Notes under the pieces: model-generated | What the model was told of the DNA's origin: nothing | Seen by the model: only the letters and a program-made list of their open reading frames with translations | Database searches by the model: none | Source of the DNA: Convolutriloba macropyga | Lineage: Eukaryota | NCBI RefSeq assembly: GCF_964194025.1 | Contig: NC_134482.1 | Location: forward strand, 17,794,001-17,858,000 | Length of the DNA: 64,000 bases | Direction: 5' to 3' | Translations under genes and position numbers: made by a program | In this document: piece after piece, positions 25,001 through 35,640 of the stretch | How the letters are laid out: each line of letters starts with the position of its first letter | How positions within the stretch are numbered: the stretch's first letter is position 1

Positions 25001-27763
25001 TGAGTCTTATGCCATTACCGCTGGAGATTGTTTTGAAAGCTTATTGTAAGCAGAGTTAATACTCACACGTTTCTAACTATTCAAAAGAGAACAGACATAG
25101 ATAGTTTGGACAACATTCTTGGAAGACAAATGACGTGTCAAGTTTTGTGGTAGATGTTTCAACGAGTGATTTTGAAACAAATTTTGCCTGTTAGAGCTGA
25201 GAGTAGCTTGACCTTAGTTTCAGCTTTTATTTGCTCTGGGTCTCTTTATCGAAAGTGTAATCTAATGCCTGTGTTGTTAAAAAATGTAATTTCGTCAAAA
25301 TTAGTTGTTTACTGTCCTGTGCTTTACACCTTTAACTCTTGTTTTATTTCGAGTAGCATAAACAAGTAGCGTTGTTGCCATGGCTCTTTAATTGATCTCG
25401 AACGAAGTTTGAAGTAATTATTGTAAACGTGTGCGTGTTTTTTGCTTAAACTTCTCGATTCTTTTTGATTCCAATGTGACTTTTTAACGCTATTTTGTTT
25501 GAGTTTTGGGTTATTTGAATTGTGCTTATTCCGAAAACAAAACAAATTGTGGGCGATGAGCGCACATTGCCCGTGTGCCGTAGTGGTTAATGCCCCTAAT
25601 CTCATCCGAGAGGTCGCGGGTTTTAATCCGACTTGACGTCCGACTGTAGTCGATTTGTTTTTTGCTTCAAGATCTTTTTAACCGCAAATACACGAGAAAA
25701 ATGACGATTGCACCGCTGTTTTGGGAATTATTTGTTGTATGAAGCACATTAAATGTTTTACTGTTTCCGTTTACAAATTGTGATTTGTTTTAGGAGCGAT
25801 ACTGTTAAAATGGCTTTATTTATGATTTTGTTTCAATATTCTTTTGCAATAGGCCTGGTCCCTTCGCACTCTTCATTTGTCATAACTGAATTATTTGAAC
25901 CAATATTTTGATTTTAAGGATCATTGTCGGCAGAATACAAAGATTTTTAGGTAATTTGATTTCAAAGTAAATTTTTGCTTAAAGCACAAATAGAGAAATT
26001 GTGGTTCATTAACAATTGGGGCTCAAAACGACCTGTGGAAGTGACTGTGGAAAATTGACTAGTTAGTTGGCAAAGTTCCTAGATTTTTTTGTCTCGTGTT
26101 GTAGCTAGGAAAACATAATCACAATAGAGTACTTATACACCATCATACGATTAACAGTTTAGTTTGAAAGCGGGGGCCAAAATACTTTCGAATCGTTTTT
26201 CAGACGTTTCAAAGATTTTTTGAGCCAAAAGTTTGGTTGCAAATAATGATTTACTGTCTGATGGCACGTGTTCGAAACTTTTTTTTTAGGGGGGGGGGTC
26301 ATAACGAAGAAGATCCCGGTCCATTCATTTGATAATTAGAGAGATTAAATTGGAGATTGAAAGAAAAGTGCAATTAGGTAGCGACAATCAGCCAACCGCA
26401 AGCCACCACCCAAATTGTAAGCCAACTGGATTCAAATACTTGCAAGCAGCTGGCATGCGCGATTAAACTGGATTCTATGGGACGCAACAGAACTTCATGT
26501 GATAAGAAATCCAATGAGAAAGCGGTGTCCCTGGGTCACGTGTTGCCAGTGTTCTATACTGTGGATAATGAAGGAAATATGAACCAGATCAGCCTAAAGA
26601 ATGCAGATGATGAGAATCATTCGTGGATGACAATTAATGTGACACTAACAGGAGTTGATGAAATTCTAGGTTAGAGATTAGTTTTCTAAAACAGTATGGA
26701 AACCCAGCTAGACGTGGGACTAGAACCTAGGCACTTCCCTGTAAGATAAATATGCTAAAGTAGAGAGGTAGAGGAGGATATATAATAGGAGGAGCATTAA
26801 GGGAAAGATCTACTGAGTGTTTTTTCATTATCTTATAAGAGGAATTTTTAAAGACTGATGTTAACGTTTTTTCATGCGTTTTGATGCTTTAAATCATGTT
26901 TGAAGTATTTTTTTGTTCTCGCTGCTCTGTTTCAGGCGCTTTTTTGTAAAAACTGCTGTAAACTTTTAATAGCACAAACTCCTCGGTCATGAAAGTTTTA
27001 TTCCCACTAGTTGAATTCCAAATACTTTATCAGAAAGTTGAGATAGATGAAAATTTTGGAAAACGGAAAATGAAAAGTAGAGAATGTCTTGCTTCATTTG
27101 AATCATCTACGTCTGAAAATATGGGACAAATTTAGTGATACGTCTACAGATAACGTTTTTGTCGGATCTTTTCAGTGTCCCCCCCCCCCCGCGCAGCTAA
27201 TTATTTGCACCTCTCAAAAATTATGATTTACTTTGTAATCAAGCGTGCTCTGTAATCCTGGGGGGGGGGGGGGGGGGGGGGCATAACGTGCTGGATAGGC
27301 TTAAACTGAAAAGATCCCTGATGGTGTTTAGAAACTTTGAGACTATTCATAGTTAAACGTCTTTTTAAATTAGCTCTTTTCAACAGGAGGCGTGAGTGAT
27401 TACGTTCAATGGTGGACTATCAAAACCAACTATACCTCTGGTGCTCTTTCCATCGTCACTTTCGATGACAAAGTAGTCCCAGAATTATTCGATTCTCTCG
27501 CCAGTTACGGAATAATCGGCCTCTACATCACATTCGTAATTGTGGCAGCTAGTAACATCAAGAGTGCTTTTAGTAACTATTCCGAGAATATCATGTTCCA
27601 AGAGTTGCCAGAAGTCGATGTCATCCAGAAATTGATCCTGGAAATGTACATGTGTAGAGAAATGAAGCATTTTGAGCTGGAAGAAGATTTATATTCTCAA
27701 CTTCAGTATTTGTATCGATCGCCACAGACCATGATTGAAAATACCAAATACAAACCAGAATGA
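915..27763 (+). CDS. PIEZO: Piezo-type mechanosensitive ion channel, whole gene, join(915..1007,8018..10659,18941..22970,26378..26669,27387..27763), about 2477 aa
   Basis: Many TM segments; PFEW signature APFLFELRVIMDWVFTPTTL; C-terminal IMFQELPEVDVIQKL...ELEEDLYSQLQYLYRSPQTM matches the Piezo CTD; all four introns are GT-AG with matching phases (0,2,0,1); total length 7434 nt is divisible by 3 and typical for Piezo. Confidence 0.93.
1047..3577 (+). mobile_element. Non-autonomous Helentron/HINE (DINE-1-like), family 1, copy 1
   Basis: 5' TTCGACCCGACTTGTGGGG; 3' GGGTCGGAAAATC-ATGTGCGAACGCCCAT hairpin-AAACGAGCCTCCGTGTT. Asymmetric subTIRs plus a 3' stem-loop, T-rich flanks, no TSD; homologous over kilobases to 10669-14248 on the reverse strand. 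Confidence 0.75.
4484..7233 (-). mobile_element. HINE family 1, copy 2 (divergent interior)
   Basis: Begins AACAAGGAGGCTCGGTAATGTGCGTTCGCACATTAAGTTCCGATCC and ends CCCCACTAAAGTGGGGGTCGGAACAATAA; about 200 nt of the terminal block is shared with copies 1 and 3. Confidence 0.75.
7716..7820. repeat. Short degenerate tandem repeat (AAAATAGATCTCAAT / AAGACTAAAAT)
   Basis: AGATCTCAAT repeated five times within about 100 bp. Confidence 0.7.
8018..10659 (+). CDS. PIEZO: Piezo exon 2 (N-terminal blade TM repeats)
   Basis: ORF 8108-10687 extends in frame to the acceptor at 8018 (IQLSSK...LYFRVIFPLILLFP). Donor ACTAG|GTGCAC at 10659/10660, phase 2. The ORF tail after it is intron and transposon sequence. 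Confidence 0.9.
10669..14248 (-). mobile_element. HINE family 1, copy 3, with a triplicated internal ~530 bp module
   Basis: Begins AACAAGGCGGCTCGTTAATGTGCGTTCGCACATGATGTTCCGACCC and ends CCCCCACAAGTGGGGTCGGAACAATAA (subTIR TGTTCCGACCC/GGGTCGGAACA). The TCAGTAGAAAA module recurs near 12060, 12585 and 13120. Confidence 0.8.
16279..17732 (+). mobile_element. HINE-like element, family 2, copy 1, with internal ~175 bp degenerate tandem repeats
   Basis: 5' TTTTACAATTCAAGGAATTTGAATTGT (subTIR plus IR); 3' GAATTGTTTTTCAGGACTTGTCCTGCTATGTTT (subTIR plus CAGGAC/GTCCTG hairpin); both ends shared with 51765-52282. Confidence 0.6.
18941..22970 (+). CDS. PIEZO: Piezo exon 3 (beam, clasp, anchor, PFEW motif, outer helix, start of cap)
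   Basis: ORF 18915-23021; acceptor GGTTCAG|A at 18940/18941 completes the phase-2 AGA codon; motifs FYKFGLE, LVQRRIFLSHYY, LSKPRPSKRFW, IDRLAYLRK, SAYQIKCSFP, PFLFELRVIMDW; donor TCG|GTCAGC at 22970/22971. Confidence 0.93.
23576..24468. mobile_element. MITE / non-autonomous DNA transposon with CCC...GGG ends flanked by TA
   Basis: TA|CCCGAGTGGACTGGGATGGTTATCTTGTAAGATC versus GATCTTACAAGATAATCATTCTCTCTCGTCCAGGG|TA; subterminal arrays of TCTTACAAGAT, including a ~31 bp tandem unit at 23640-23770. Confidence 0.7.
25569..25640 (+). mobile_element. tRNA-derived SINE head or tRNA pseudogene
   Basis: A-box-like TGCCGTAGTGGTTAA and degenerate B-box GAGGTCGCGGGTTTTAATCC at tRNA spacing; no intact acceptor or anticodon stems. 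Confidence 0.5.
26378..26669 (+). CDS. PIEZO: Piezo exon 4 (cap domain)
   Basis: Open frame from AATTAG|GTA (phase 0) through ORF 26477-26674 to CTAG|GTTAGA (phase 1), bridging exons 3 and 5 in frame. The acceptor lacks a strong pyrimidine tract, so the 5' edge is less certain. Confidence 0.72.
27164..27317. mobile_element. Small MITE with 13 bp TIR GGATCTTTTCAGT and internal poly-C/poly-G
   Basis: GGATCTTTTCAGT (27164-27176) and ACTGAAAAGATCC (27305-27317) form a perfect inverted repeat; related to the TIR at 50697-50874. Confidence 0.55.
27387..27763 (+). CDS. PIEZO: Piezo exon 5 (inner pore helix and CTD)
   Basis: Acceptor TTTTCAACAG|GA, phase 1; QWW, FDDKV, YGIIGLYITFV, IMFQELP, LEEDLY, LYRSPQTM; TGA stop at 27761-27763. 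Confidence 0.93.
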
Positions 27764-28104
27764 AATTATAATACTTCACATATCATTGCAACATTTGTGT
27801 TTATGCATAGTTAATTATATTCTAAACATATTTTGAAATCCCGGTCGACCGAGCCATCTTAGATCCGCGAAGGGACAAATTTTCGTGCTATTACGATAAT
27901 ACCCAAGATACCATTAACGGTCTTATGACGCTTATAAACAAATGGCGCGAAAAGTTGATCGCACCCCGAAAGAGATCAAATTCTTTGACGGATTATGGGT
28001 TGGATTATTGCAGAAGCGAATTTACTGGTCGCAATGAATTCAAAATAATAATCATCATTATTTTTCATTTTTCGTTAAATTTTAAACTTTTCATTAAAGT
28101 CTAT

Positions 28105-29388
28105 TTTTCGAAATTTTGCAATTTTTTGGCGTTCTGGCGAGCCAAACACCAAAAATACAAAAATTTTCGTGTCCCCCCTCAACCGTTGCGAACACAGTAA
28201 CACGCAAATGTCCCCCCCCCCACCGTAGCGTGCCCAATAAGACACATTTTTTTTGACCAATTGGATCTTTTTTGACGTTTTTGATGTGAATGGTTTGTTT
28301 TGGATGTTAGGTGTGAAGTAGCGCTGCTCTTTTAGTGGTTGTCATTTTGTCATTAGCTCAGGTGAGACTATTCAATGGAAAAAAGTGAAAAATTTTGAAA
28401 ATAGGAAATATTGATGTTCTAAAATTGCCTGAAATGCATTTTGCGCCGGGTTTAAAGTCGCAAAGATGATTTGTTTTGTTGACTTCATCTCACCTAGTGG
28501 GTCTCACGATCGAAAAAAATTTTGAAGTTCTAAAATTGCATGAAATGCATTTTGCGCCGGGTTTCAGGTCTCAAACATGATTTTTTTGTTGATCTCTTCT
28601 CACCTGGTGGGTCTCATCATAAAAAACTGAAAAATTTTAAAGTTCTCAGATTGCATGTAATGTATTTTGCGCCGGTTTTTAGGCGCAAAGATGATTTTTT
28701 GTGGACCTCATCTTCCCTGATGAATTTCGTCTATCGAACAAAAAACTTTTGTCTACGGAAAAGTTTTGGGAAAACTGCAAAATTTTGAAGTACTCACAAC
28801 GTTCATCTTGTTATTTCGTCAGTATATAGAATTATAAACCATATCACAAAACTTAGTCACCAATCACGGCTTACTTACTAGTTGAAAAAAAAACGTTGAG
28901 TGTTGCATTCCTCATGTCTGTTGCTATCGGTCAGTCTGCTCAAATATTTGTTTCACGATTTAATTGATCAAGCGTAAGAACAAAATATAGTAATAAGTAA
29001 GGTCAGTGGTTGCTGTTGTTGTTGCTAGAACTATCTGAGTCGCAAGTCTATTTTTAGATATAACTGTTTACTATGACTAACTCTCATGGTCACTGCCAAA
29101 ATTCATTTTACACGAGTAATCGTCGTAATCGATTGTGATTGGACGATCGATCGTCCGACAGTGTCAATGAATTATTTCGGAATAGGTTTACATGTTGAAC
29201 TGTCTGCATTGGGTGGTGTTATTATAGTTTAACAAGATACTTATATAGCAATAGAGCAGACTCATATGAAATTGTTTGAGTTTCAGTTGGAGTTTAATTT
29301 ATAAACAAATTTTGTCAGTGGTTAACGATTGTTCCTTCTTCGATTTTTCTCACGATATTACTTGCACAGAAGAACGTCATGTAGTTGC
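28105..29388 (+). repeat. Left TIR of the Maverick (outermost ~80 nt missing); contains three ~117 bp tandem units
   Basis: Reverse complement of ~39895-41160; internal unit GAAATGCATTTTGCGCCGGGTTTCAGGTCTCAAA... at ~28430, 28545 and 28660. Confidence 0.9.
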
Positions 29389-31390
29389 TTTTTTTAAAAC
29401 GACTCTACTACAATAAGGACCCCGAATTTAAGGCAATATATCATCTGTTTGTCTTGTGTTTGACCTAACAGATACATAATATTGGATTAAAGCTTGAATA
29501 CTGCCAGGAAAACATGTTGAACTTTTATCACCATGACTAATAAATTTTGTTCTCTGAAATTACTTTCAACCATCAAATGAGTGAAAACTAGAGAGACCAA
29601 CAGAAAATCAAGCTGAATTTTCAATTTTTTTCATGCAATTTTAGTAGCTTAGTAAAATATATCTAATGCAATACACAAGGTTAGACCTGTTTGAACTGTT
29701 TGAGTTTTTTTATAAGACTCATTTAACTTCACTTTTTTTGGAGCCCTACAAGAGCTGACAGGCGGCGTTTCAAGACTGCTGGTTGCCACAAGCTTAACAA
29801 ATTCGGGTGTTTTGATTACACTTGTTGTTATTGCTGTAGACGGTATTGAAGTTTCGAAGTTGATTTACCAAAAGATAGGATTTTCCAAAAGTTTTCAATG
29901 AGTTTCAAATCCTGCCAATACTTGTCCTGATTTTCGTAGATAGGTACTTCTTGAACATCGTAATCATAGGAAATTCATCTAATGTCATCTCCCAGAACGT
30001 TTGAATCAAAAGTAAACTCACGAGTATAAACCGCTACAAATTCCAGAGTATATTGAGCTGCCTTAAGTGAAGCTTTTTCAAATCTAAAAGATTGAACGAA
30101 ATCGAAAGTAACAACAGGTAATGCCATGTGTTTCAGTTTTCCTTTCTTCACCTTGATACTCTTGCTGGACGATAACAATATTCTCTTTTCAAAGTCTCGT
30201 ATGCAATTGTCCGGGTACTGGTAGATGACTTTTCTTTCAGTATGACTGCAATTGGAAACATTTCAGTAAGTCAGTGACCACTACTTCTGTTTTCACACAT
30301 ATAAACTGACTTATAATTGACTTGAATAATTTGTTAAAAATTTTTGAGCTTGAATATTTTGGTCAATATCCCAAAAAAGACACCTTTAAAAGAGTATGTT
30401 AAGAGAAATTTGAGAATATTACTGTTAACGTTATCTGAACAGTATTTATTCACAATAATTATCAAGCGCAAAATGATTTTTTTCTAACTATTAGTAATTG
30501 AGACAGAATACACAATTTGTATTTAAATTATAGGGAATTTAAAGAATCTGGTTTGAGCGTAAAGTTGAATACTGTTTTGTAGGCGTTGTGCTACTATATT
30601 TAGAAGTATCTGTGTTCTACAAAGATTAATGTACATGGACGAGAAGAATTATTTTTCAGTGTATGTAGTTCTCATGCTACATGTATTTTCCTTATCTAAA
30701 ATAATCACAGCTTTTCAAGTACTAGTGTAATCCACGCCAGTTTTTATCTTTCCGGAAAGCTATTTTTAGCATCAAAAACGAATCTTCTAGTTTGGTTGTT
30801 ATTGTTGCTACAGTACATTTTGTTCACACCCGTGGAATCAAAAGGAAAAATAGACAAGTGCGTTTTTGTTTGTGAAGACTTTCAGGAATGAGAGGTTATG
30901 TAAAATTGCTACCGTCTTACAAATGATCCAAGAGAAATATAAAAAATACTTAACCATTACTTTGGACACCTGAACTCCAGCAGACATAAATTTTGCAATC
31001 TGTTCATCTATGATTCAAATTTATTTGATTTCTTTAAGCAGAAATTTAAAACTTTGTCTAATTTTCTCAGTTTCGGTCGGTTTTAATCTCACTTAGAATG
31101 CATTTTGATATACCAATTGTTTGTAGATACTGCTTGAAAAAAATTCATGAGAAGTATTTGATATTGGCCTCAACTTACCCAATGATTTCAGCGAGACTGA
31201 ATTATTTTCTAGCAGCAAGTGAATACTTCAGTCAAACGGAGAACTTCGATTATGATAATGCTTTGAAACTTCCACCATACGGAGGAATTATTCCCTGGAA
31301 GCTTAATATTTGCTTTACTGGTCATCTGACAGGAATTCTTTTTCGCTTGTATATTAAGTTTTTTCACTCTAACATTTATCATTTGTTGGA

Positions 31391-31870
31391 ATGTTAAGCA
31401 GTAAAGCAGTTGTGTTAGACCTTGAAGGTTTCCGTCACAGGAAAGAAAAATTTATTGTCAAAGAGTTTGGTGTGTGTACTGAGGATTACAACGATTGTGT
31501 TTTGTTGTCTCCACCATCGAAATTTTCTGATTTGACAAATCCGCAGAAAACATCAATTGGTTATCTGAAAATTTACATGGCTGAAATTGGAACTCTGAAA
31601 ATTATCCTTTTATTTATCTGACTCAAATTGTTCGAAGCATTCGCTTAAGAAGCCCGAGAGTGGTTTATTACGCTAAGGTTTTTTGAAAAGACTCAACTTT
31701 TATCAGATTTACTGGACTGTCCAGTAATCGATTTAAATACTCTTGAGTGTCCTAAAATATTGTACGGTTTTTTTTTACATTTATCTGTGTGAATCATAAC
31801 TCAGCACAGCGTGGTAGCTTCAATAATCATGTGCAAGAGAAAAAGCTTGTTTCTATTTTACTGGTTGGCT
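31391..31870 (+). pseudogene. Maverick DEDD-type (RNase H fold) nuclease-like accessory gene, frameshifted
   Basis: VVLDLEGF...FIVKEFGV...SPP, then in shifted frames WLSENLHG.NWNS, YYAK, EKTQLL, VIDLNTLECP. This pattern is typical of the small nuclease carried by animal Mavericks. Confidence 0.7.
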
Positions 31871-31884
31871 AATGAGAGGAATTG

Positions 31885-32180
31885 ACGAAAGTGGAAGCAC
31901 CCTTGTCAGCGAATTCGTCCATTTGCGCCTTGATCACGAAGGAGGGGACACTGAAACTCAATTTTTAAAGGCGAAGCAGTATAAAGTGGTACTCAAATTC
32001 GTCCGAGAAAAGTTAGGGTGTTATTGACAGAGGACGAAATCCGTTCAATTACAAACTTGGTTTTCTACATCGAACCTTTTATTCAGTGGAGAAAACGAAA
32101 TGTCGGATTGTCAACGCAAAGTCCCGCCTCGGAAACTTCTATTGATATCGAAACATCCAACTGGTAAAGAAGTAGATAAA
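31885..32180 (+). pseudogene. Possible PC4-like ssDNA-binding protein remnant
   Basis: Across frameshifts: KVEAPLSANSSICALITKEGTLKLNF/LKAKQYK...REKLG/VLLTEDEIRSI, resembling the PC4 strands followed by a KGISLTxEQ helix. Confidence 0.3.
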
Positions 32181-32650
32181 AATGATGAAATGCTGCCTGA
32201 AGAAATTCAAGTGATAAAATGCTGCCTGAATAAATTGAACTCGTGAACAAGGACAAGGTCAAAAAAATTATGTACTATGAAAAAACTTCACGATTACTCG
32301 CATGTTTCATGGTGCACTTGAATGATTTTTTGAGTGATTATAGTTGTTATGAACTGTTCTATGTAAAATATTAAAAAATTACAATAAATTTTTTTACTCA
32401 TTTTTTTGTGATGGAACAAGTGACAGTTGATCAAGTTGTGCAAGGTACTCCTTTCGAAAAGGAAAGTAGTGGAAAATCTAATTGGAAGTTCTGTAATCAG
32501 ATAACGTTACCACGGTCGGAAGGTGTTTTTTTGTTCAAATGTTTGTAATTTTGATGCTAATAGTTCTTTGCATTGTGAAATTGACTGTGCTTAAACCAAC
32601 TTGTGAGAAAACATCAGTTTGGATTTCGATTCTGTGGAGTTTAGTTGGAT

Positions 32651-32861
32651 ATACCTTTCCAGACCCTCGATTATGAACAAAATAATCCCTAACAGTGACA
32701 GAATTTTTATGGCCGTGGTAAGTCCATCGGGTTGTGATGAAACAAATTTAATTTTCAGAATAATAGCAGGAAACTCCTTTTATCCAAAGTTTAAAAATGT
32801 TATTTTTCTCTACCACGAAATGCAACCAATATACTCACAAGTTGACCCGCATTTATACTGA
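32651..32861 (+). pseudogene. Maverick A32/FtsK-like packaging ATPase, truncated N-terminal remnant
   Basis: MAVVSPSGCDETNLI is a decayed Walker A (GPSGCGKT), followed by VIFLYHEMQPIY; the Walker B half is deleted. Confidence 0.75.
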
Positions 32862-32876
32862 AGCGAATGGTACTTT

Positions 32877-33860
32877 TATCTGATTCTGAGTCGAGGAAAT
32901 TTCTCCGCACTTCCGATGACAATATTGTATTGGTACTGTTAATGTTTTTTGCAACGTCATCAGAGGACATGTGAACGTGATTAAGACTGTTCTTCGTTAA
33001 ATTGTTTCGGTTCGTTATTCAGTTCGGTTCATTGATTTAGTTCGGCTCATCATTCATTTTTGCTACCAGTATTTGAGTCAATCATAAAAGAGAGAATGAC
33101 AACTGCTGAGGAGTTCATTTTAAATCCCAAAAAAGTCTATATGAAAACTCAACCACAGCAAACCCTGGTCATAGAATATCCTGACGTTAAACAAAAATCG
33201 TCACAGCTGTCTATTATAAATAGAGTGCGATCAAAGGAACACAATGAAGCACATATCAATGCAAACCTGTCGGAACAAGACTCTGGCGTTGATGTTGACA
33301 AAAATTGGGTCAGAAATTCAAATAGACGGGCAGATCAAGTCCTAAAAACATTATCATCGCTTTTGTCTCATTCAAAATACTTAAAGTGTGATTATATTGT
33401 AGATCTAATTAAAATGTCTAATCGTGTTCTCATTGGCGAAGACGAGAAGTTACTCATTTACAACAGTCCAAATGACATAAACGCATTCGCTTTCGTGTAC
33501 AATTTACAGCAACCAACAAAGAAAATTGAGAGTCCTGTTTATTTTGATTTATTAAAAGTGTTACAAATAAAGAAGGAACAAGAAATTAACAGCAATGCTA
33601 ATACTTCGATCAGGAAAAAATTCTACAAAAACCGCAACAAAAAGAAAAAAGTCGAGAGATTACATAAAAGAAAAGAGTTCAAAGTTTCAAAAGCCCAAAG
33701 AACAAAGACGACCAGACAGCAAAGGCGAAATCATCGAAGACGAACGCATCAGTTACAAAAAAGAAGAGGAACGAAGATGAAAGCATCAGTTACGAAAAAG
33801 AAGAGGAACGTTTCGAAACTCCGTACGAAGCAAGTGTACAGAAGGAAAAAGAATAGGAAT
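32877..33860 (+). pseudogene. Two conserved Maverick ORFs of unknown function between the ATPase and integrase
   Basis: RKFLRTSDDNIVLVLL/CNVIRGHVNV...FLLPVF resembles the small ICECxxNVLxGNV protein. MTTAEEFILNPKKVY... starts the next gene (N-terminal part of ORF 33060-34277). Confidence 0.45.
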
Positions 33861-34789
33861 CCTACGACTAGTGAAGAAAAATTGCTGCAGTCGATGTACA
33901 CAAAAGGTCCAGCTGCGTTTGGAAGCGTTCAAAATTTACAAAAAAGCATAAACTTGCAGCCTCGCAAAGTGAAACAGCTTCTAGCGAACAAAAATGCTCG
34001 AACAAAATATAAAGGGTTTCGAAAAAATTTTGCACCTCTGAATGTTATTGCATATGACATTGATGAAATTTGTTCCCTTAACTTGGCACATGTGTACAAA
34101 CTTTTAACACAAAACGCAGGTTTTAAGTACTTATTGATTGCTATTGACTGTCTTTCACGCTATCTACGTGTTGAACCGCTCGAATCAAAATATGCAACAA
34201 CAACAGCCGAAGCCTTCAAACAAATGATTAAACACAAACAGCCCAAAAAAGTTTGGGTTGATGCTAGAACAGTTTGAAAACTCTGTCAGAAGAAAGATAT
34301 AGAAATTTATCAAACTTTCAGCGAAAAGAAGTCTGCTTTTGCTGAAAGGAACATCCGCTCTTTAAAGAACATTATTTATAAGGATCTGGAAGAAAATTGG
34401 ACATATTCATACATCTCTCAGTTGAAAAATTTTGTACAAACAATAAACTCACGCATTAACAGTATAACCAAAATTGCTCCGAACAAAGTCACCAAAAACA
34501 CGTTCCATATCTGTTATCATTAAGCTTAATTGCGTCCGAGAAACTAGTTAGTGGACCAAAATTTCGAATTGGAGATTTTGTTAGAATATCAAAAGTTGAT
34601 TTACACTTCCGAAAAGGTTATAAACAGACTTTTTCCAACGAAGTGTTTGAAGTTTACGATATTCCATCGATAAACCCTTCAACATACAGCCTAATTGATT
34701 CGACTCAGAATCCAATCAGTGGCAAGTTCTATCAGTTGGAATTAGTGAAAGTTGTTGGCAATAGCGAAGCGTTCATAAAGCATGAATGA
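33860..34789 (+). pseudogene. Maverick retroviral-like (rve) integrase, frameshifted
   Basis: YTKGPAAFGSVQNL, FKYLLIAIDCLSRY, PKKVWVD; after the frameshift KSAFAERNIRSLK, INSRIN, PKFRIGDFVRISK, FRKGYKQTFSNEVF, ISGKFYQLEL. The first catalytic Asp appears as N (SLNLA). Confidence 0.92.
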
Positions 34790-35221
34790 GTTCACCATAC
34801 ATTTAGCTTCATCACCTTCCATGAGCATCTTTCCATAGAATACTTTGGCCAACTTAAAAAACATTCTTAATGAATTCAGCCTTGAAGGTGATTGGAGAGT
34901 GGCTTTGAGTGAAATTATGTTCCCATCCAGAATCAACCAGATTAATAGCACTCGAATCATAAAGTATTTTTCCGAAGGTATCAAAAACCATCAGAGAAGT
35001 ATTCCATTTGGTGCTGTCTCGAAACCATACAATGGTGAGACAGTTTTAATCAGCGCTGGAAGCTTTGAGAACTTATAAAAGCCATCAAAACAGCGACTGG
35101 TCTAACTAAATGCAGTCATCAGTATATTGAGGCTCAGTTGAGAACCGAAACTGGCAAATTTGTTCCATTTACGGGAACAGGAAAAGCTATTCTGACTTTA
35201 AACTTAGGAAAATATAATTAA
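34782..35221 (+). pseudogene. Maverick minor capsid protein (penton), internally deleted
   Basis: MNEFTIHLASSPSMSIFP*NTLAN...LEGDWRVALSEIMFP at the N-terminus and IEAQLRTETGKFVPFTGTGKAILTL at the C-terminus. Confidence 0.85.
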
Positions 35222-35640
35222 ATGGAAGCGTACTATCAACAACAATCAGTTTCACCATACTTTGCGGGACACTATCGGCAACGAGGTAGTCGGTTCGGGG
35301 CTTTAGCGGCTGGAATTGGTAGGGCGGCCATACCGATAGCCAAAAAATTTGTGTGGCCTGTTGCTAAAAAGATTGGAAAAGAACTGTTTGTACAAGAGGA
35401 ACCAGAGATTGTTGACGTTGTCGCCGAAAAGAAGAGTCCTAAAGAAGCACTTAAATCATATTTTCAGAAAACGGTAAAGAAGCAAGTTGGTGGCTCAAGA
35501 GCTCGAATAGGAGGTGTTCGTGGTGGCAATGTTCTTAAAAAAAACAGATACGGAGCGGTCCTGTCAAATCCCGAAAAATCATTCAGAGAAAACAACCGTT
35601 ACTGGGAAGTCGGTCAGATTTTTGTTCCAAAGTCAAAAAT
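35222..35640 (+). pseudogene. Maverick virion core/maturation protein with adenain-type Gly cleavage motifs
   Basis: MEAYYQQQ...FAGHYRQRGSRFGALAAGIGRAAIP...KQVGG followed by a basic tail; sits between the minor and major capsid genes. Confidence 0.75.

Noticed and set aside
25569-25640. Functional tRNA gene
   Set aside because: The B box is mutated and the cloverleaf stems do not pair; kept only as a SINE head or pseudogene.
33600-33860. Apparent in-frame fusion of an upstream protein to the integrase through an Arg/Lys-rich linker (ORF 33060-34277)
   Set aside because: The alternative frames read an acidic repeat (EDERISYKKEEER / EDESISYEKEEERFETP) from a 37 bp duplication, so the fusion is most likely a product of frameshift decay.
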